This document shows, piece after piece, positions 1 through 13,514 of a stretch of DNA of 64,000 nucleotides. The translations under genes and the position numbers were made by a program. Source of the DNA: Eledone cirrhosa. Lineage: Eukaryota. A model generated the notes under the pieces. The model searched no databases. It was not told where the DNA came from and worked only from the letters and a program-made list of their open reading frames with translations. The DNA lies in contig OZ024740.1 in the NCBI GenBank assembly GCA_964016885.1, positions 290,160,001-290,224,000 of the forward strand, written 5' to 3'. How positions within the stretch are numbered: position 1 is the first letter of the stretch; every line of letters starts with the position of its first letter.

Positions 1-325
1 TTTAATACTACTACACCAAACGACCAGCCCTGTCCATTGTTCAACTGGTCAAATATAGATTAAAATAGGTACTCCCAAAAATTCTTATTTAGATAAAATA
101 AGCCATATACTCATTGTATTCTCATTAAAAACCTTCTATATTCTTGTTTACCAGCAAATTGAATTGCCATCTGCCATATACTATCCCTTCTCTTCTTCCT
201 TTCTTACAACTAATATAAATACTATGATTTTTCTGATTTTTTCCAATGTATCCAATATCTCTGAAGAAGTGACAACTGATTATACATTTGCTATCGAATA
301 CTTGCTAGCATTATATGATTTATGG

Positions 326-446
326 TCTGAGTTCAAATCCCGCCGAGGTTAACTTTGCCTTTCATCCTTACAGGGTCGATAAAATAAAGCACCAGTAATA
401 CACTGGGATAATTGCTGGCCTTGTGCCAAAATGTAGAAACAATTAT
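326..446 (+). mobile_element. SINE family A (tRNA-derived), 5'-truncated copy
   Basis: B-box GAGTTCAAATC followed by the family body ...ctttgcctttcatccttacagggtcgataaaataaag... and end tgtgccaaaatgtagaaacaattat; the same sequence recurs about 20 times in the window. Confidence 0.85.
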
Positions 447-658
447 ATGATTACGCAAGCATCGATACATAGGTATTCCGTCTGTTACAGAAACATATGT
501 CAATACCTAATAAATTCCTTTATAAAAGCACTTTCATTTTATATTCATCTTTTCTACATTTTCTCCGGAATATAATTTATATTCGTTGAGCAAACCTACA
601 CGTACGCTGTTCATCTCTAACGTGGCGATATATTATCACTACATTATTGATAACTTGA

Positions 659-694
<36 letters not shown>

Positions 695-735
695 TAAAGA
701 GTCAGGACCCCGGCAAAAGCTCAGCTGTCTCTATA

Positions 736-905
736 ATAATTGTTTCTACTTTTGGCACAAGGTCAGCAATTATCCCAGTGTATTACTGGTACTTTATTTT
801 ATCGACCCTGTAAAGATGAAAGGCAAAGTTAACCTCGGCGGGATTTGAACTCAGATCATAAAGGGAGGTAAGTATATGCTTCAAAGCATTGCGTCCGACC
901 CTCTG
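736..905 (-). mobile_element. SINE family A copy
   Basis: Reverse complement of the family A body (ttatcgaccctgtaaagatgaaaggcaaagttaacctcggcgggatttgaactcag). Confidence 0.85.
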
Positions 906-1143
906 CAATCCACAACCATACTCTACTGCCCCAAGTATCGAGTATTCTGTTGAGTAATGATCTAACCAGTTTCAAACTGAATTTATCCTCATTCATATAT
1001 ACGTCTGATGTGCAGATCGGTATTGGAGACAGATCTATAATATCGATAAAGACATGGAGCCAATCATCTATGAAAGTTCGTTATCTCATATATAACATTT
1101 CTCTCTCCACATACACGCACACACGCACGCACACACACACACG

Positions 1144-1244
<101 letters not shown>

Positions 1245-2524
1245 TATTCATTTATATTAAGTCTAAGAAGGTGTTGTTATTCCGGAGTTTCACCTGTTTA
1301 TCATAGGGTAATCGACCTTAATATAAATGAATATTAAAACTCTACTTCGGTATTGAGTACTCCTTTCTCTCAGTCGTCAACCACACACTGATATATATAT
1401 ATATATTGATATATTGATTGATTGATTGTCTGCGGTACCGGGACTGGGATGACCACAAATCAGAGAAGTACTCGATACATGGCGTGATGACGAGTGGGTA
1501 TATTAATAAATGTAGAGGATCGACCGTGGGCCCTCGGTTTCGGCTAGTTGCCTCTAAGACGTCTTCTACCATTATTTTATGTTTCCCGGATGCACAATCT
1601 TTTACCCAGTCATGATGAGTGGTTGGATACCGAAGTGGTCATATGATTGACAAAACATTCCTGAAGTAAAACAGAAGTCCTCAGCCGAATACATACTAGA
1701 GAACGTTTTCCTTGCTCAGTGTTTTTATATTTGAAAACCCATACAGAGAGTCTCTATCTTCAAACTGCGAGGAAATTTTCAGCTGATTTATAATTTTTCA
1801 CTCACTATATTACGTATTCAAACCTCTATTGTATTTACGAGCATCTTGCAGAACGCTCCTATGTCGTATTTTTTGTCCCAACACCCCCAAATTCAGACTC
1901 AGTCTAACCAAGTGCAAGAGAATATGCTTCGCTAAGAAGATCTAACAAAATCGAAGCATGCCCATTGCTTTTACCATTTGGCTATAAATTCAAGGTCTCC
2001 TGTTACTGCATTGTCTAATTTTAAAAGAAAATTGGAGCCATTTCCCTTGCTTTCCCTTGCTTCATTTAGATTTCAACAGTCCCATAAAAAGAGTTTTATC
2101 TTTAAATCATCGATATAATTTTAGTAAATTTGATGTGAAGATTTAACTACAGTTTTTAAATTAGAAGGCTCGCTGTGAAAAAATAAATTGTAGACACTTT
2201 GCATTATTCGCTCCATACACACGAGAACATAAGAGATCAGTCTCCATAGGTCTAACTGACACTCTTCGTCACATATTGTCCGACTTAAATGTCGTACATG
2301 TAAATGCAATTGTCCTCGCCATGTAATTTCATGTAAGTTTTATTTCCTTATCGTCTTGTAAAATACTCCAAGAAAAATGTTAGACTACTTTGTCAGATAC
2401 TGTAACCTCGGATGGATTAGCAGTGCCATCGATAGGCGTTTGAAGCTGAGTATGTTCATTTTGACGACCGATGATCACAGAATTTTGGTACCAGTCGACA
2501 ATTTTGCTATTATATATATAAGAT

Positions 2525-2672
2525 GAAGGCAGCGAATTGACAGAGTCGTTAGAACGTCGGCTTTATGGTATTCGTTCAGGCCCGCTTCTATCGGAGTTAA
2601 AATCCCGCCGAGATCAACTTTGCCTTTCATCTTTTCGAGGTCGATAATAAAGTACCAGTCTAGTACTGGGTC
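2525..2672 (+). mobile_element. SINE family A, diverged copy
   Basis: aaggcagcgaattgacag head, gagttaaaatcccgccgag B-box region, tgcctttcatcttttcgaggtcgataataaagtaccag core. Confidence 0.7.
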
Positions 2673-2899
2673 GATTCTTCCTCTATATTTTTTTCTCATT
2701 TCCTCTCACTCAATTTCTTTCTCAAGAACAAATCTGGGCTCTACCAGGCTTAAACAAATAACCAAGGAACGCCGTATGTCAATATGGCGCCCTACGACTC
2801 TACCAGGAGTTACGGGACCATAGCACACCCTACATGTATATGCCCCAATATGTACAGCATGTGTGTCGGTTTCGATTCCTAAATAATGATTATAGTGCT

Positions 2900-2946
2900 A
2901 ATGGTGATGATGAAGATAATGACGACGACGATGATGATGATGATAA

Positions 2947-2977
<31 letters not shown>

Positions 2978-3328
2978 AATGGATCTTGTTCGTATATGCT
3001 GTTAGTGATTATGATGAGGAACGATGATAGCGATGCAGTTAACATTGCTGTTGCTGCCGATTAATAGCGTTGATGTTACTACTGATGATGATGTTGATGG
3101 TGATTATTATTATGATGATGATGATGATGATGTTGGTATTGATGATGGTGTTGATGAGGGTGCTGATGACGACGATTACGATGATAATGATGGTGATGAT
3201 GATGATGATGATGGTGATGAAGATGGTGATGATGATGATGATGGTGATGAAGATGATGATGATGATGATGATGATGAGGATGATGATGATGATGAGGATG
3301 ATGATGATGGTGATGGTGATGATGATGG

Positions 3329-3363
<35 letters not shown>

Positions 3364-3372
3364 GTGATGATT
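2900..3372. repeat. (GAT)n-rich trinucleotide tract
   Basis: Read directly; accounts for the poly-D/poly-M/poly-H ORFs. Confidence 0.95.
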
Positions 3373-3613
3373 ATAAAGCGAATTCAAGTTGGCTTACTAG
3401 TATTAGTGTAGAATTTTTAATGGAAGAAAAGAGATTGGTTGCTATCTATGACGTCACTTCCTTCCGATGCAGTTTTCCGTTCCGCCAGCAGTTGGGAACG
3501 GTGCAATATTTAACGCTAATGCACTTCTTACAGTATATTGATGTGTACTTTTATATGCTGCATCACCTTGCTGTGTAAGTGTGGCGGTATATGTATATGT
3601 ATTAGTGTGTGTT

Positions 3614-3645
<32 letters not shown>

Positions 3646-3788
3646 TGTATGTATGTATGTATGTATGTATGTATGTATGTATGTATGTATGTATGACTGT
3701 GTGTGCATATGTGTGTAAGCGTGTATCTAATGGTTTAGTGGAGAAGTTTGTTCTGGCGTGTGGGTATGTGTTTAGTTAAATGTGCTTG

Positions 3789-3820
<32 letters not shown>

Positions 3821-4222
3821 TGTATGTATGTATGTATGTATGTATGTATGTATGTATGTATGAGTGCATGTGTGTGTAGAGCTGTGTGTAGGGGTGTGGG
3901 GCAGAGAGAAGTATGTTATTGAGATTATGTTTGTATGTGTGTAGGGTATGTGGCTATTTTGTTGTTGTGTGTGTCATTATATATGTGTGCATATATATGG
4001 GACAGTGACATGTGGTAGCTCGAGAAGCCGTTGAAAATAAAAACCTTTTAGCATTCATTTCTGTCCATTCACGTTCTGAGTTCAAATCCCATCTTGATTG
4101 CATGTAAGGTATGCTCCAGAGAAGTTGGTTAACTATACATACCAGTCATTTCCTAGAGATAGTCCATTGGACTATACGTTATGTAATACACACACGCACA
4201 CACACACACACACATATATATA

Positions 4223-4287
<65 letters not shown>

Positions 4288-4388
4288 TCTAAGGACCTAT
4301 CTTATCGAGTGTTTTGCTAACTCATCATTTCATATAAGTAGGCCGAATTCACTTGCAAACCGCCAGAGATTCGATTTTACTGATTTCC

Positions 4389-4458
<70 letters not shown>

Positions 4459-4992
4459 TATATATTTATCCGTCTTGCTACAGAACTTCTCGACAACGTT
4501 GTCCTGCTAGAGAACGGGTCGCAGGTGGTGGATAGCGTTACGGCCACCTGATATAAGCGGGCAACTGACGGACGAATAAGCAACCCCGGACCAACACCGG
4601 TAAATTTCTAGAAGAGATCGAGCAATGGGTGACAACTGTAGCTCCCAAAAAACTCTCACAGCCTAATGAGGTAGCTAAGACGAAGTGAGTAAAGGCCGCC
4701 TCTAAATACGTCTAGTCTTGGCTGGTTTCACAAAGTACCAGATTGGTAACTGGAAACCAAAAACGAGTCATGTCGCATCATCCTTCGCGTGGGATAACAA
4801 GGGACGCCGTTAGGCCTTAGGTAGAGGGGTCTGTTCGAAATATATATTGCAGTCTCCACCGCATGCTGCAACAGCTAGCGATAGGCCTGGGTCCTGTTCA
4901 GGGAGGTGTGGGATGGACGCACAAAGTTTGCGTATCCCGAGGCACCAAAGAAAGTACAGAGTGGAGTAAACCTTAAGAGTTATAATCTGGAA

Positions 4993-5088
4993 CGTGTATG
5001 TGTGTACGACAGATTACTGCACAGTTTCCGTGTGTGTACGACAGATTACTGCACAGTTTTCGTGTGTGTACGACAGATTATTGCACAA
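4993..5088. repeat. ~32-bp tandem repeat, 3 copies
   Basis: gtgtgtacgacagattactgcacagttt(c/t)cgt repeated. Confidence 0.85.
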
Positions 5089-5471
5089 ATTCAATTCACA
5101 AAGTATTGATAATCTTGCAGCTATTTTAGAGAACACTTTCCCAAAGTGCCGCACAGTAAAAGCGAACCCAGACTCTGTTTTAAAGCAAAATTATTATGCA
5201 GGCGGCCACACTTGCGGCATATTGCATTTGGATTCAAATCCAGCCAGATTCCATATTGACTTTAAACACGCGATTAAATGTAAAGCATTCTTAAAAAGTC
5301 GTTGTCTGGAATAAAAGGACAGAGCCGCGTTGGAACAAAATAACTCAACATAGTTTTTATTGATAGAGCCAATTTTACACAGATCACAGACTTGAGAACG
5401 ACATACAACAGATGGATAATATGCACACACACACACACACGCACACGCACACACACACACACACGCGGAAA

Positions 5472-5516
<45 letters not shown>

Positions 5517-6000
5517 ACGTACACACACACACACACACACGGACGTACGTATACACACACATGTTTAGATTTAAGTGTGTATGAAGAAAGTATGTATGTC
5601 TGTATGTATACAATAAAAAAGAATGTACTGTCACGTAGGTTAGTTGCTCTAGGGAGAAAAGAATAATTACAGACAGCTGTTTCGAAGCTTTCAGCTTCTC
5701 TACTCATATTTTAAATTCACATTTATACGTATAACTCTTTGTAGACATATTTGTGTTAATGAATGCCCAAGTGGCAAATTGTAAAAGCTAGGGTTTCCAG
5801 TAAAAGACGTTGTCATTTTATAAATACAATCTACAAGTTGAACAAGGAAAGATATACAGGATTTTTCTAAATTTTATCATGAAGCACTCACTATCTTTTG
5901 TTATCCTAGTTCCAACGATGTATTTTTATTTTTTTTATTTGAAAATAGTTATTTTTCTACACAAAGATTTAACTAAAATGAAAAAAATACATACATACAT

Positions 6001-6301
6001 GGAAGGCACTCCGTCGGTTACGACGACGGGTGTGCCAGTCGATCCGATCAAATGAACAGCCTGCTCGTGAAATTAACGTATAAATGGCTGAGCATTTCAC
6101 AAACACGCGTACCTTTAACGTAGTTCTCAGGGAGATTCGGCGTGACACAGAACAACTCAGGTAAAATTCATTTTTGCTAGCTGAGTGAACTGGAGCAACG
6201 TGAACAAAGTGTCTTGCTCAAGGACACTGCACCCCGCCGGGAAACGACTCATGACCTTCCCATCATGTGCGAAATTCCCTAACCACAAAGCCGCATGCCT
6301 T
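6001..6301 (-). mobile_element. SINE family B (tRNA-derived head plus CORE-like segment) inside a (CATA)n tract
   Basis: Minus strand reads aggcatgcggctttgtggttaggg... then gtgtccttgagcaagacactttgttcacgttgctccagttcactcagct; matches the plus-strand copy at 58265, and its 3' part recurs at 21675-21825. Confidence 0.75.
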
Positions 6302-6431
6302 CACATACATACATACATACATAAATGCATACATACATAAATGCATACATACATAAATATCTAGATACATACATATATACGTATATACATATATACATAC
6401 AATATACATACATACATACATGCATACATAC

Positions 6432-6952
6432 ATGATGGCTGCAAACTCTGCTAAGAGTATTGCAATCGTTTGTCAGATTACAGAAAACGGTGCACTTTTA
6501 GGCTACGGCCAGTCACACGAACCTATAACATATCCTGAACAAGCAATGCCTGTGCTTTGAAAGTTTTTTAAGTGGGGAAAGGTCTTGCACTCGACTAATT
6601 CCACTCTCTGAGCATCGAAAACACTACCCGAAAAGGAGAACTGGTCGAGATCAACGGATGCTTCCGAAGCCACAGGGTTTTTTTTTCCAGTTTCCCTCCC
6701 TTAGAAAGGTGTTGTGACAAAAATTAGTGGCCTTTCACTCCAAGGTTGAAAAAAAATTGGATGGCCGTTGACTCTGCTGAGTTCCTCCCCCCTTTGCCGG
6801 GTCTTGTATTTCATCCAGCAGGGTGTCCTAATATTACCCTCCTCACAAAGCAAGCTTGGTGGGGATCCCGGTTTAGTCACCGACGACGCGACCATGAAAC
6901 AGGTTGTACTGGGTTACATTGTTACCAGTAGTGCTCGAGAGCGACCTGAGAC
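6432..6952. mobile_element. Non-coding interspersed element in (CATA)n; partly homologous to 8529-8835
   Basis: Shared start (atg/gtg)gctgc(a/c)aactc and shared block aagcaatgcctgtgc...gaa.g.tttt..agtg.g.aaagg...tgcac in both copies; both are bounded by CATA repeats. Confidence 0.5.
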
Positions 6953-6994
6953 ATACATACATATACACATACATACATGCATGCATACATACAT

Positions 6995-8010
6995 ATGTAC
7001 GTTAAGAAAAATATGGTCATCGGAACAATAAAACAGTGACTCACAATGTGTTTGCTGTGCCTGTCTTAACACCAACGTTTGGAATACTCGATCGGATGAT
7101 AGACGAAATCCGAGCAGTTGATGTTAAAACTCGAAAAATTCTAAACAACACCGGACACTTCCACATCAACAGTGACATAGCCCGCCTTTACTTGAAACGT
7201 AAGCAGGGAGACAGAGGCCTAACATCAGTCCAGACAGCATTTGAGTGTCGCCTCAAATCCCTCCGACAAGATCTACGAACCTCGAAGCGTAGGAGCCCAT
7301 CTATTGAGAAAGTCTATCTGCATGAGACAGATAAGATCATGAGAATTAGGAAGGAACTCCTTGAAAGATGCTCCTTGCATGATAATAAAAACTTCACACC
7401 CAGGGTAATTGCCCAGCAGTACCGCAGTGAATCCGTGGATGAAAGACTCATGCTTATCAGCAAAAAATCATGCATGGATATGTTGCCAGGAAGCTCCATA
7501 GTGAGACTAACATAGATAAGCAAAGTAGTCTATCTTGGACCAACAACCGCTATATTGGCTCCCACTTTGAAGGATACGCTTTTGCAATCCAAGAACAGGA
7601 AATCAACACAGAATACCTGATTCAGAAAAGAGATAGGGGTGCAGGCAAACCACCTAGATGTGACAAGTGGAGACTCTGCAGAATTAACTTCGAAGATGTT
7701 ACCCATGTCATAAGCAGCTATCCAAAGATGTCATCATGGTACTATCTACCTATGAGTCATAACGTAGTGGCCAAAACACTGTACAATGCAATCCGTAGAA
7801 AAGATAGCCCCGATAATAAACACATTAAAAGCTACAGTAATGTGGAAGACATATATATACATAATATGAAAGATTACTGGTGGAAAATTCCAGTAAAAAC
7901 CGCAATAAAATGCAGGCATAACAGACCAGATATATTGATATGGGACAGGGAAAAAAAGGTATGCACAGTAGTGTAAGTTAGCTGCCCAGCAGATGCCAAT
8001 ATAATTACAT
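6995..8010 (+). pseudogene. R4/Dong-like non-LTR retrotransposon fragment (end of RT/thumb, CCHC finger, restriction-like endonuclease), frameshifted
   Basis: ORFs 7036-7515 and 7470-7976 give DVKTRKIL..HINSDIARLYLKRKQGDRGL, MHG, AIQEQEINT, decayed C..C..EDVTHVISS, HNVVAK and RPDILIWDREKK..VV*VSCP, all R4-clade motifs; flanked by (CATA)n. Confidence 0.85.
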
Positions 8011-8170
8011 CCATACCTGCACACACGTGCATGCAGACATGCAGACATGCAGACATATCTACCTAGTTGATGTTGTGTAAATTCCAGTGAGAATTCTCTC
8101 TCTATTGGTAAAAAATTGTGAAATTATAAAACCAGAAGAACATACATACATACATACATACATACATACA

Positions 8171-8203
<33 letters not shown>

Positions 8204-8528
8204 TCTTGACTTGCGAAAAATATGGAGCAAATATCACCAACACATCGAATGTTATTGTGGCAAATGTTTTTGCAACATAATTGTCACTCTCTAAATGTTT
8301 GAATCTGACTCTATTAAATTTCCAACAAAGAAAATATGAAGAAAAGCAAAATGACCAGACACTTCAAAGCACCGCAGTCTTCAAATAAGTTTATACTTCT
8401 TCCAAGTGATTTACACACAGAAATAAATACACATATATATACACATAAGCGTATATACAGAGACATGATACGAAGTCTTTTGATTCTCCTACGCAGTAGA
8501 TACACACATGCATACATACGTACATACA

Positions 8529-8835
8529 TGGTGGCTGCCAACTCGTTTTCGAGTACGGCCACTACTTTATATCCATGTAGGAGAACCCCTACCGATACGC
8601 TGAACGAGTGTGACTTTTTAGTCCAGCCAGCGACTTGAAAACTCTGGTACAAACACTACACTTGTGACAATTATTGACACATAGTGCTGGGCCCATGGTA
8701 CCATGTGATGACAAGTGCAGAGAGATCTCCAGATATAAAGCAATGCCTGTGCCGTGAAGCTTTTATAGTGAGCAAAGGCACTGCACAAAGCCAGTCCCAC
8801 TCTCTTAACCAAGATGATGTTTACCAAAAAGAACA
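8529..8835. mobile_element. Second member of the (CATA)n-embedded non-coding element
   Basis: Homology to 6432-6600 (see that feature). Confidence 0.45.
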
Positions 8836-9495
8836 TACATACATACATACATACATACATACATACATACATACATACATAGAAACAGACAAACACAATG
8901 AGACAGGAAAACATCAATTGTGAATTAATGAACATCTGCAGATACCCCAAGACTTTTGATTTATAGCAGCATTTATCGTCATATAACTGACTCTCTTAGC
9001 AGCTATTCCGAGAAGCTGGCTTTCACAAAACCAGAAAGTATATGACTAATTTTTTCTTTACTCCTTTACTATGTCTTAATCATCACCACTAACACTATGC
9101 TATAGTACCACATTTATTTTTTTCTAAAATTAGTTTGTTATCCTCACAGCCATGGAAAACAGGACTCAGTGCTGACTGCATTGTTTTTAAATAGTTTCTA
9201 CTGTACGTCCTGAAGTTCAGTTTCTTATTTAAAACTTTGCGTCGCGAATTGGTGAATCTTTCTCCTTGTGTATTTCTTGAAAACTACCACAATAACAACA
9301 TCTATAAGCATAGCTTCAACTACTACAACTATACTCAAGGAAACATTATCTTCTACAACCCTTTTATCCTGATAAGCATATTCACAACATCTACAACAGA
9401 CCTGTCAACTCTCCCCGTCGAATGGGGAGATCTCCCACCCACTTTGGGGTGGGTAAGAGATGTCTTCTCTTAGGAAAATGTGCATAGCTTTCATT

Positions 9496-9663
9496 AGAGG
9501 GTCGGACGTCTTGCTTTGACGCACAGACTTACGGCCCTCTCCATTCTGAGTTCAAATCCCTCCGAGGTCAACTTTGCCTTTCATCCTTACGGGGTCGATA
9601 AAATAAAGTACCAGTAATGTACTGGGTAATTGCTGGCCTTGTGCCACAAGTAGAAACAATTAT
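9496..9663 (+). mobile_element. SINE family A copy (internal-deletion variant)
   Basis: agagggtcggacg...ctgagttcaaatccctccgagg...ggggtcgataaaataaagtaccag...agtagaaacaattat. Confidence 0.85.
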
Positions 9664-12358
9664 GTAAAGTCTCCCCATTTTGCCTCATTTCTCCCCGTTT
9701 GGGGCCCTTTTTTCATGGTATTCCCCGTTTAGGTGTTTAGAGCTTGGCAGGTCTACTATAAACCCCACTGAAGCTACTAACTACAAGTACAACAACATAG
9801 CTGTTACAAACACTACAACCCCAACCATAGCCACTACGGCCACAAACATATCCAAAACACCAACTACAACTACTACAACAAACACAGCTGCTGCTAACAC
9901 AACTGGTACAACTATAATTACTACAATCACAAACACAACAAATACAACCACAAAGCTACCAAGATACAACAGCTACAACCATAATCACTAGAAACAAAAC
10001 CAAGCAACTAGAACCCCAACTACAACAACCACAATCAATATAACTACATCATCTATAAACAGAACCGCAACCACTACCAATACAACCCCTATATTGATAG
10101 ATGTAACCATAACAGATTACAACTAGTTATTACTTGTTAAAATGAATACTTGTCCTTTTCTTCCTTTCTCAAACGAAGATTCGATCGCGAAATATTTCCA
10201 CGACATACGAACTTATGTGTAAATCATGTATAACGTTATCATTTCCCATGTTAAATTTTGCCAATAAATTCTCTTAACAATGAAAACATTGACACAAAGT
10301 TGCTGACAAACCTAAATGTATAAAGTCCAAATTAACGAATTTGAACGAATATACTAACCAATGTGTCTGTTTATTGCAGAATGTGAAGAGACGAGTGTTG
10401 CCTAAAGAGTAAATTATGTTTTATATAAATAGAAATGAACGATAAGCTGAAAGTCTTTTATTCATCACAGTTCGCATGGACAAAATCGATATAAAAGAAC
10501 GTGTTAACTCGTTTCAAAAATATCTAGATCAAAGAACATAAAATCAAGCAAGTTAATATAATTGCTTCCGCTAACCAATCAGACATTATCTTACCAATAT
10601 CAAAAGAACTAATGGGACAAACAGACTAGTAACATAACTCGAAGAAGAATTATATGTAGAAAACAAAAATATAGAACACAAAATCACGGGATAAATATTT
10701 TCGAAAAAAATGATTTGGAGTTATTAAATTCCTGATTATTCTACATCTTTCTTATCGATTTGTATTAATTTGGAAAAAATAATGTCAAGTGTATTCCTTT
10801 AATAAAACCGGAACAATTTCTTTTTTTTTCATAATGTAACTCAGTTACAAATTACTTTTTTCGTGAAAGGTTTTTTATTGCAGTATTAAGCGATGGAATT
10901 ATCATTTTCATTTTCTCTAATATCAAAGTAATTTAGAAGGGTTTCAAGTCAGATATCTTAATAAACACTGAACTTTAAGAGAGTGGAATAAGAGCTTACA
11001 TTCCACAACGTTGCCTATTACTTCAAATTTCTTATTTCAAACTGCTGATCTACAAAAATCTGTAGAAACTGTTTTGAGTGAAGTTTCTCCTTTTACTATT
11101 GGATAGTATTCTAAGTATCGATTACTTCACGATGCGATGCGTGATGCAGTGTTACTTCATTAGATGAGGAACGAGCTGTTTGAGCCAGGTTTTACTAATG
11201 CGTTATCTAAAGTGACATAATATAGTTAAAAATATCAAACTGTTTAACGTTAACAAGGTGTGATCACTTTTGTAATCGAATCTGCATTGCAAGAAGCCAA
11301 TTTTAGAACTATTTAAAAGATTGTACTATAGTTATCTGTGGGTATTTTTCTGAACTTAAAGTACAGGGCAGGCATTTTACTAACGAAAAAAACTGTGTTT
11401 CCATCAACAATTAATGTATGATATTATGAATGTCGAATTTCTGATACTATTTCTAAATGGAATGAAATGGACATCCATTAGTTTCGACGTGACCTTATGA
11501 TTGCAAAGTGAACTTCTAAGTCATTTGGCCATGCTGCGTCCACAAACTCAGATGAATAGTTTTTATAACGTCAATCTATTAATAAGAGTAGATATTCAGC
11601 CATATGATTGTGTATATATTGTACAGAGTTCATTGACATGTTTATTTTCATTGCAATAACACATTGCCTACGTGGGCTTTTATTTCTTTTTGCCTTGGAA
11701 GCCTTTTTCATCTGAAATTCTCCCAAAAGTAAAAATGCTTTTAATACTTGAATAATCAGTCTCTAAGAATTCGACAGCTGGAATATATCATTGGATACAC
11801 AGTTTCGAAAAAGATTTTCTGCATCAAATTGTCTTTGTTTGGGTTAATTAGGGGAGGAGAGGCTGCATCTACCAATTATATAAGTTCGCTAAGTCTGGTG
11901 AGGTCAGTATTTAGTTTGAACACCTGTAGGCTGATTGGAAATGTTTTCCAGTAGATTAGTTTCTAGCGGTCGGAGGAGTATATTGTAAAAGAGGTAGGAG
12001 GCGTTATACAGCAAACAGGATAATAAGAAAGAAATTAATGTATCGTGTGGAGTTGGATTGAAGGAATATGCAGTTATCTAGTTTTGAGAAACATAGGCTG
12101 TTATAGAATTGGCAGAAAAGAAATAGAGAAAAAAACATATGTATTGTGAACTAGTGTTTATAGTGTTGTGATGGGTGGATTTTTACCAATCAGTCGAATT
12201 GTCTTACTTTAGGTGGGTTCTAGAATGTTTCTGTATTATAATAGCAGCAACAGCATTGTGAGTAATCTTCCAATATAGTTGTTGCTCCCACAAAATACTA
12301 CCAAAAATTGTAAACGATAAAAAAAGAGTGCTTTTGTGTATTGCTCGACCTCTTAAAG

Positions 12359-13113
12359 CACGGCTCGGCAACTTCTTTGCCTCCACGTGCCCGATCGAGT
12401 ATCAATGACGGATAGTGGGCCGGATGAAGACCATAAAAGAATAATTATGGAAAATTACACAAGCTATAATTAATCACGAGTGTTGACTATACTTACAAAT
12501 AATTTTTATTAATCACAAATAAATGTAGGCGGTTTCACGAACCAGAGATGGGGGGGGGGGGGGTCGCCGTTGACAGAGTAAAGGCAATACACCAACTGAG
12601 ACAATTGTTCCTTCAAGGCAGTCTTTTTATGTCTGTCGGCAGACTCAAGTTGGCTCTCATAATTTTGTTTTATTTTTTACGCGGGAGTGTTGGTGATTGG
12701 GTAGAAATGTTTCGGAAGTGTTATTATTATTGTTATTGATACTTACGGGGTCGATAAAATAAAGTACCAGTAATACACTGGAATAATTGCTGGCCTTGTG
12801 CCAAAAGTAGAAACAATTATTATTGTTGTTATTATTTTTGTGTTGTGTGAGCGGAAATGATGTGCGGAGCCCTGCGTAGGCGACGAATTTTTAATTGTGT
12901 TTTTGCTGTCAAAGCGTTCACATCCGGTTGGTGGTGGACATTAGGTAGAGTGATTCAGAAGATTTGTGGAAGAATGTAACAGCAGGCCTTTTATTGTATT
13001 CGAAAGTCTCGTCTCTCATATTACAATACATTTAAATTTTAAATAAACAACTCATTGGGCATCAGTTCTCGCGGGCCCAATCCTACCCGCGGGCCGTAAG
13101 TTGCCGACCCCTG
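12359..13113. mobile_element. Non-autonomous hAT (Charlie-like) element with exact 8-bp TSD; contains a SINE A fragment at ~12741-12822
   Basis: TIRs CACGGCTCGGCAAC / GTTGCCGACCCCTG; TSD TCTTAAAG at 12351-12358 and 13114-13121; subterminal gcgggcc motifs. Confidence 0.85.
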
Positions 13114-13334
13114 TCTTAAAGCAATCAAATCTTCAACAAACCACACTGTACTCGACAGCTTTCAAGAAGGTGTTACAATGGACAATGTATTTTTGCATTT
13201 TAAAATGCGCGATGACTAAGGCCTGAATCACTTAGATCATACGCCTGCTGGATCAGGGCTAACCTGGGGTTAAACAACAACAACAGCAATGACTAGGAGA
13301 CTAAATATTCAATGTTCCTATAGTATAGTGAATT

Positions 13335-13514
13335 AATTGTTTCTACTTTTGGCACAAGGCCAGCAATTATTTCAGTGTATTACTGGTACTTCATTTTATC
13401 GACCCCGTAAGGATGAAAGGCAAAGTTAACCTTGGCGGGATTTGAACTCAGAATGGCAAGGGCCGCAACTCTTTGCTGCAAAGCATGGCGTCAGACCCTC
13501 TACCGATACTGCCA
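13335..13514 (-). mobile_element. SINE family A copy
   Basis: Full head with A-box TGGCAGTATCGG and B-box GAGTTCAAATC on the minus strand. Confidence 0.85.

Noticed and set aside
4765-4812. HDV-like ribozyme around tccTTCGCGTggg
   Set aside because: An L3-like loop is present but no P1 or P2 pairing could be found by eye
10380-11600. Decayed gene or transposase in an AT-rich unique region
   Set aside because: Many stops in the frames examined and no recognisable motif
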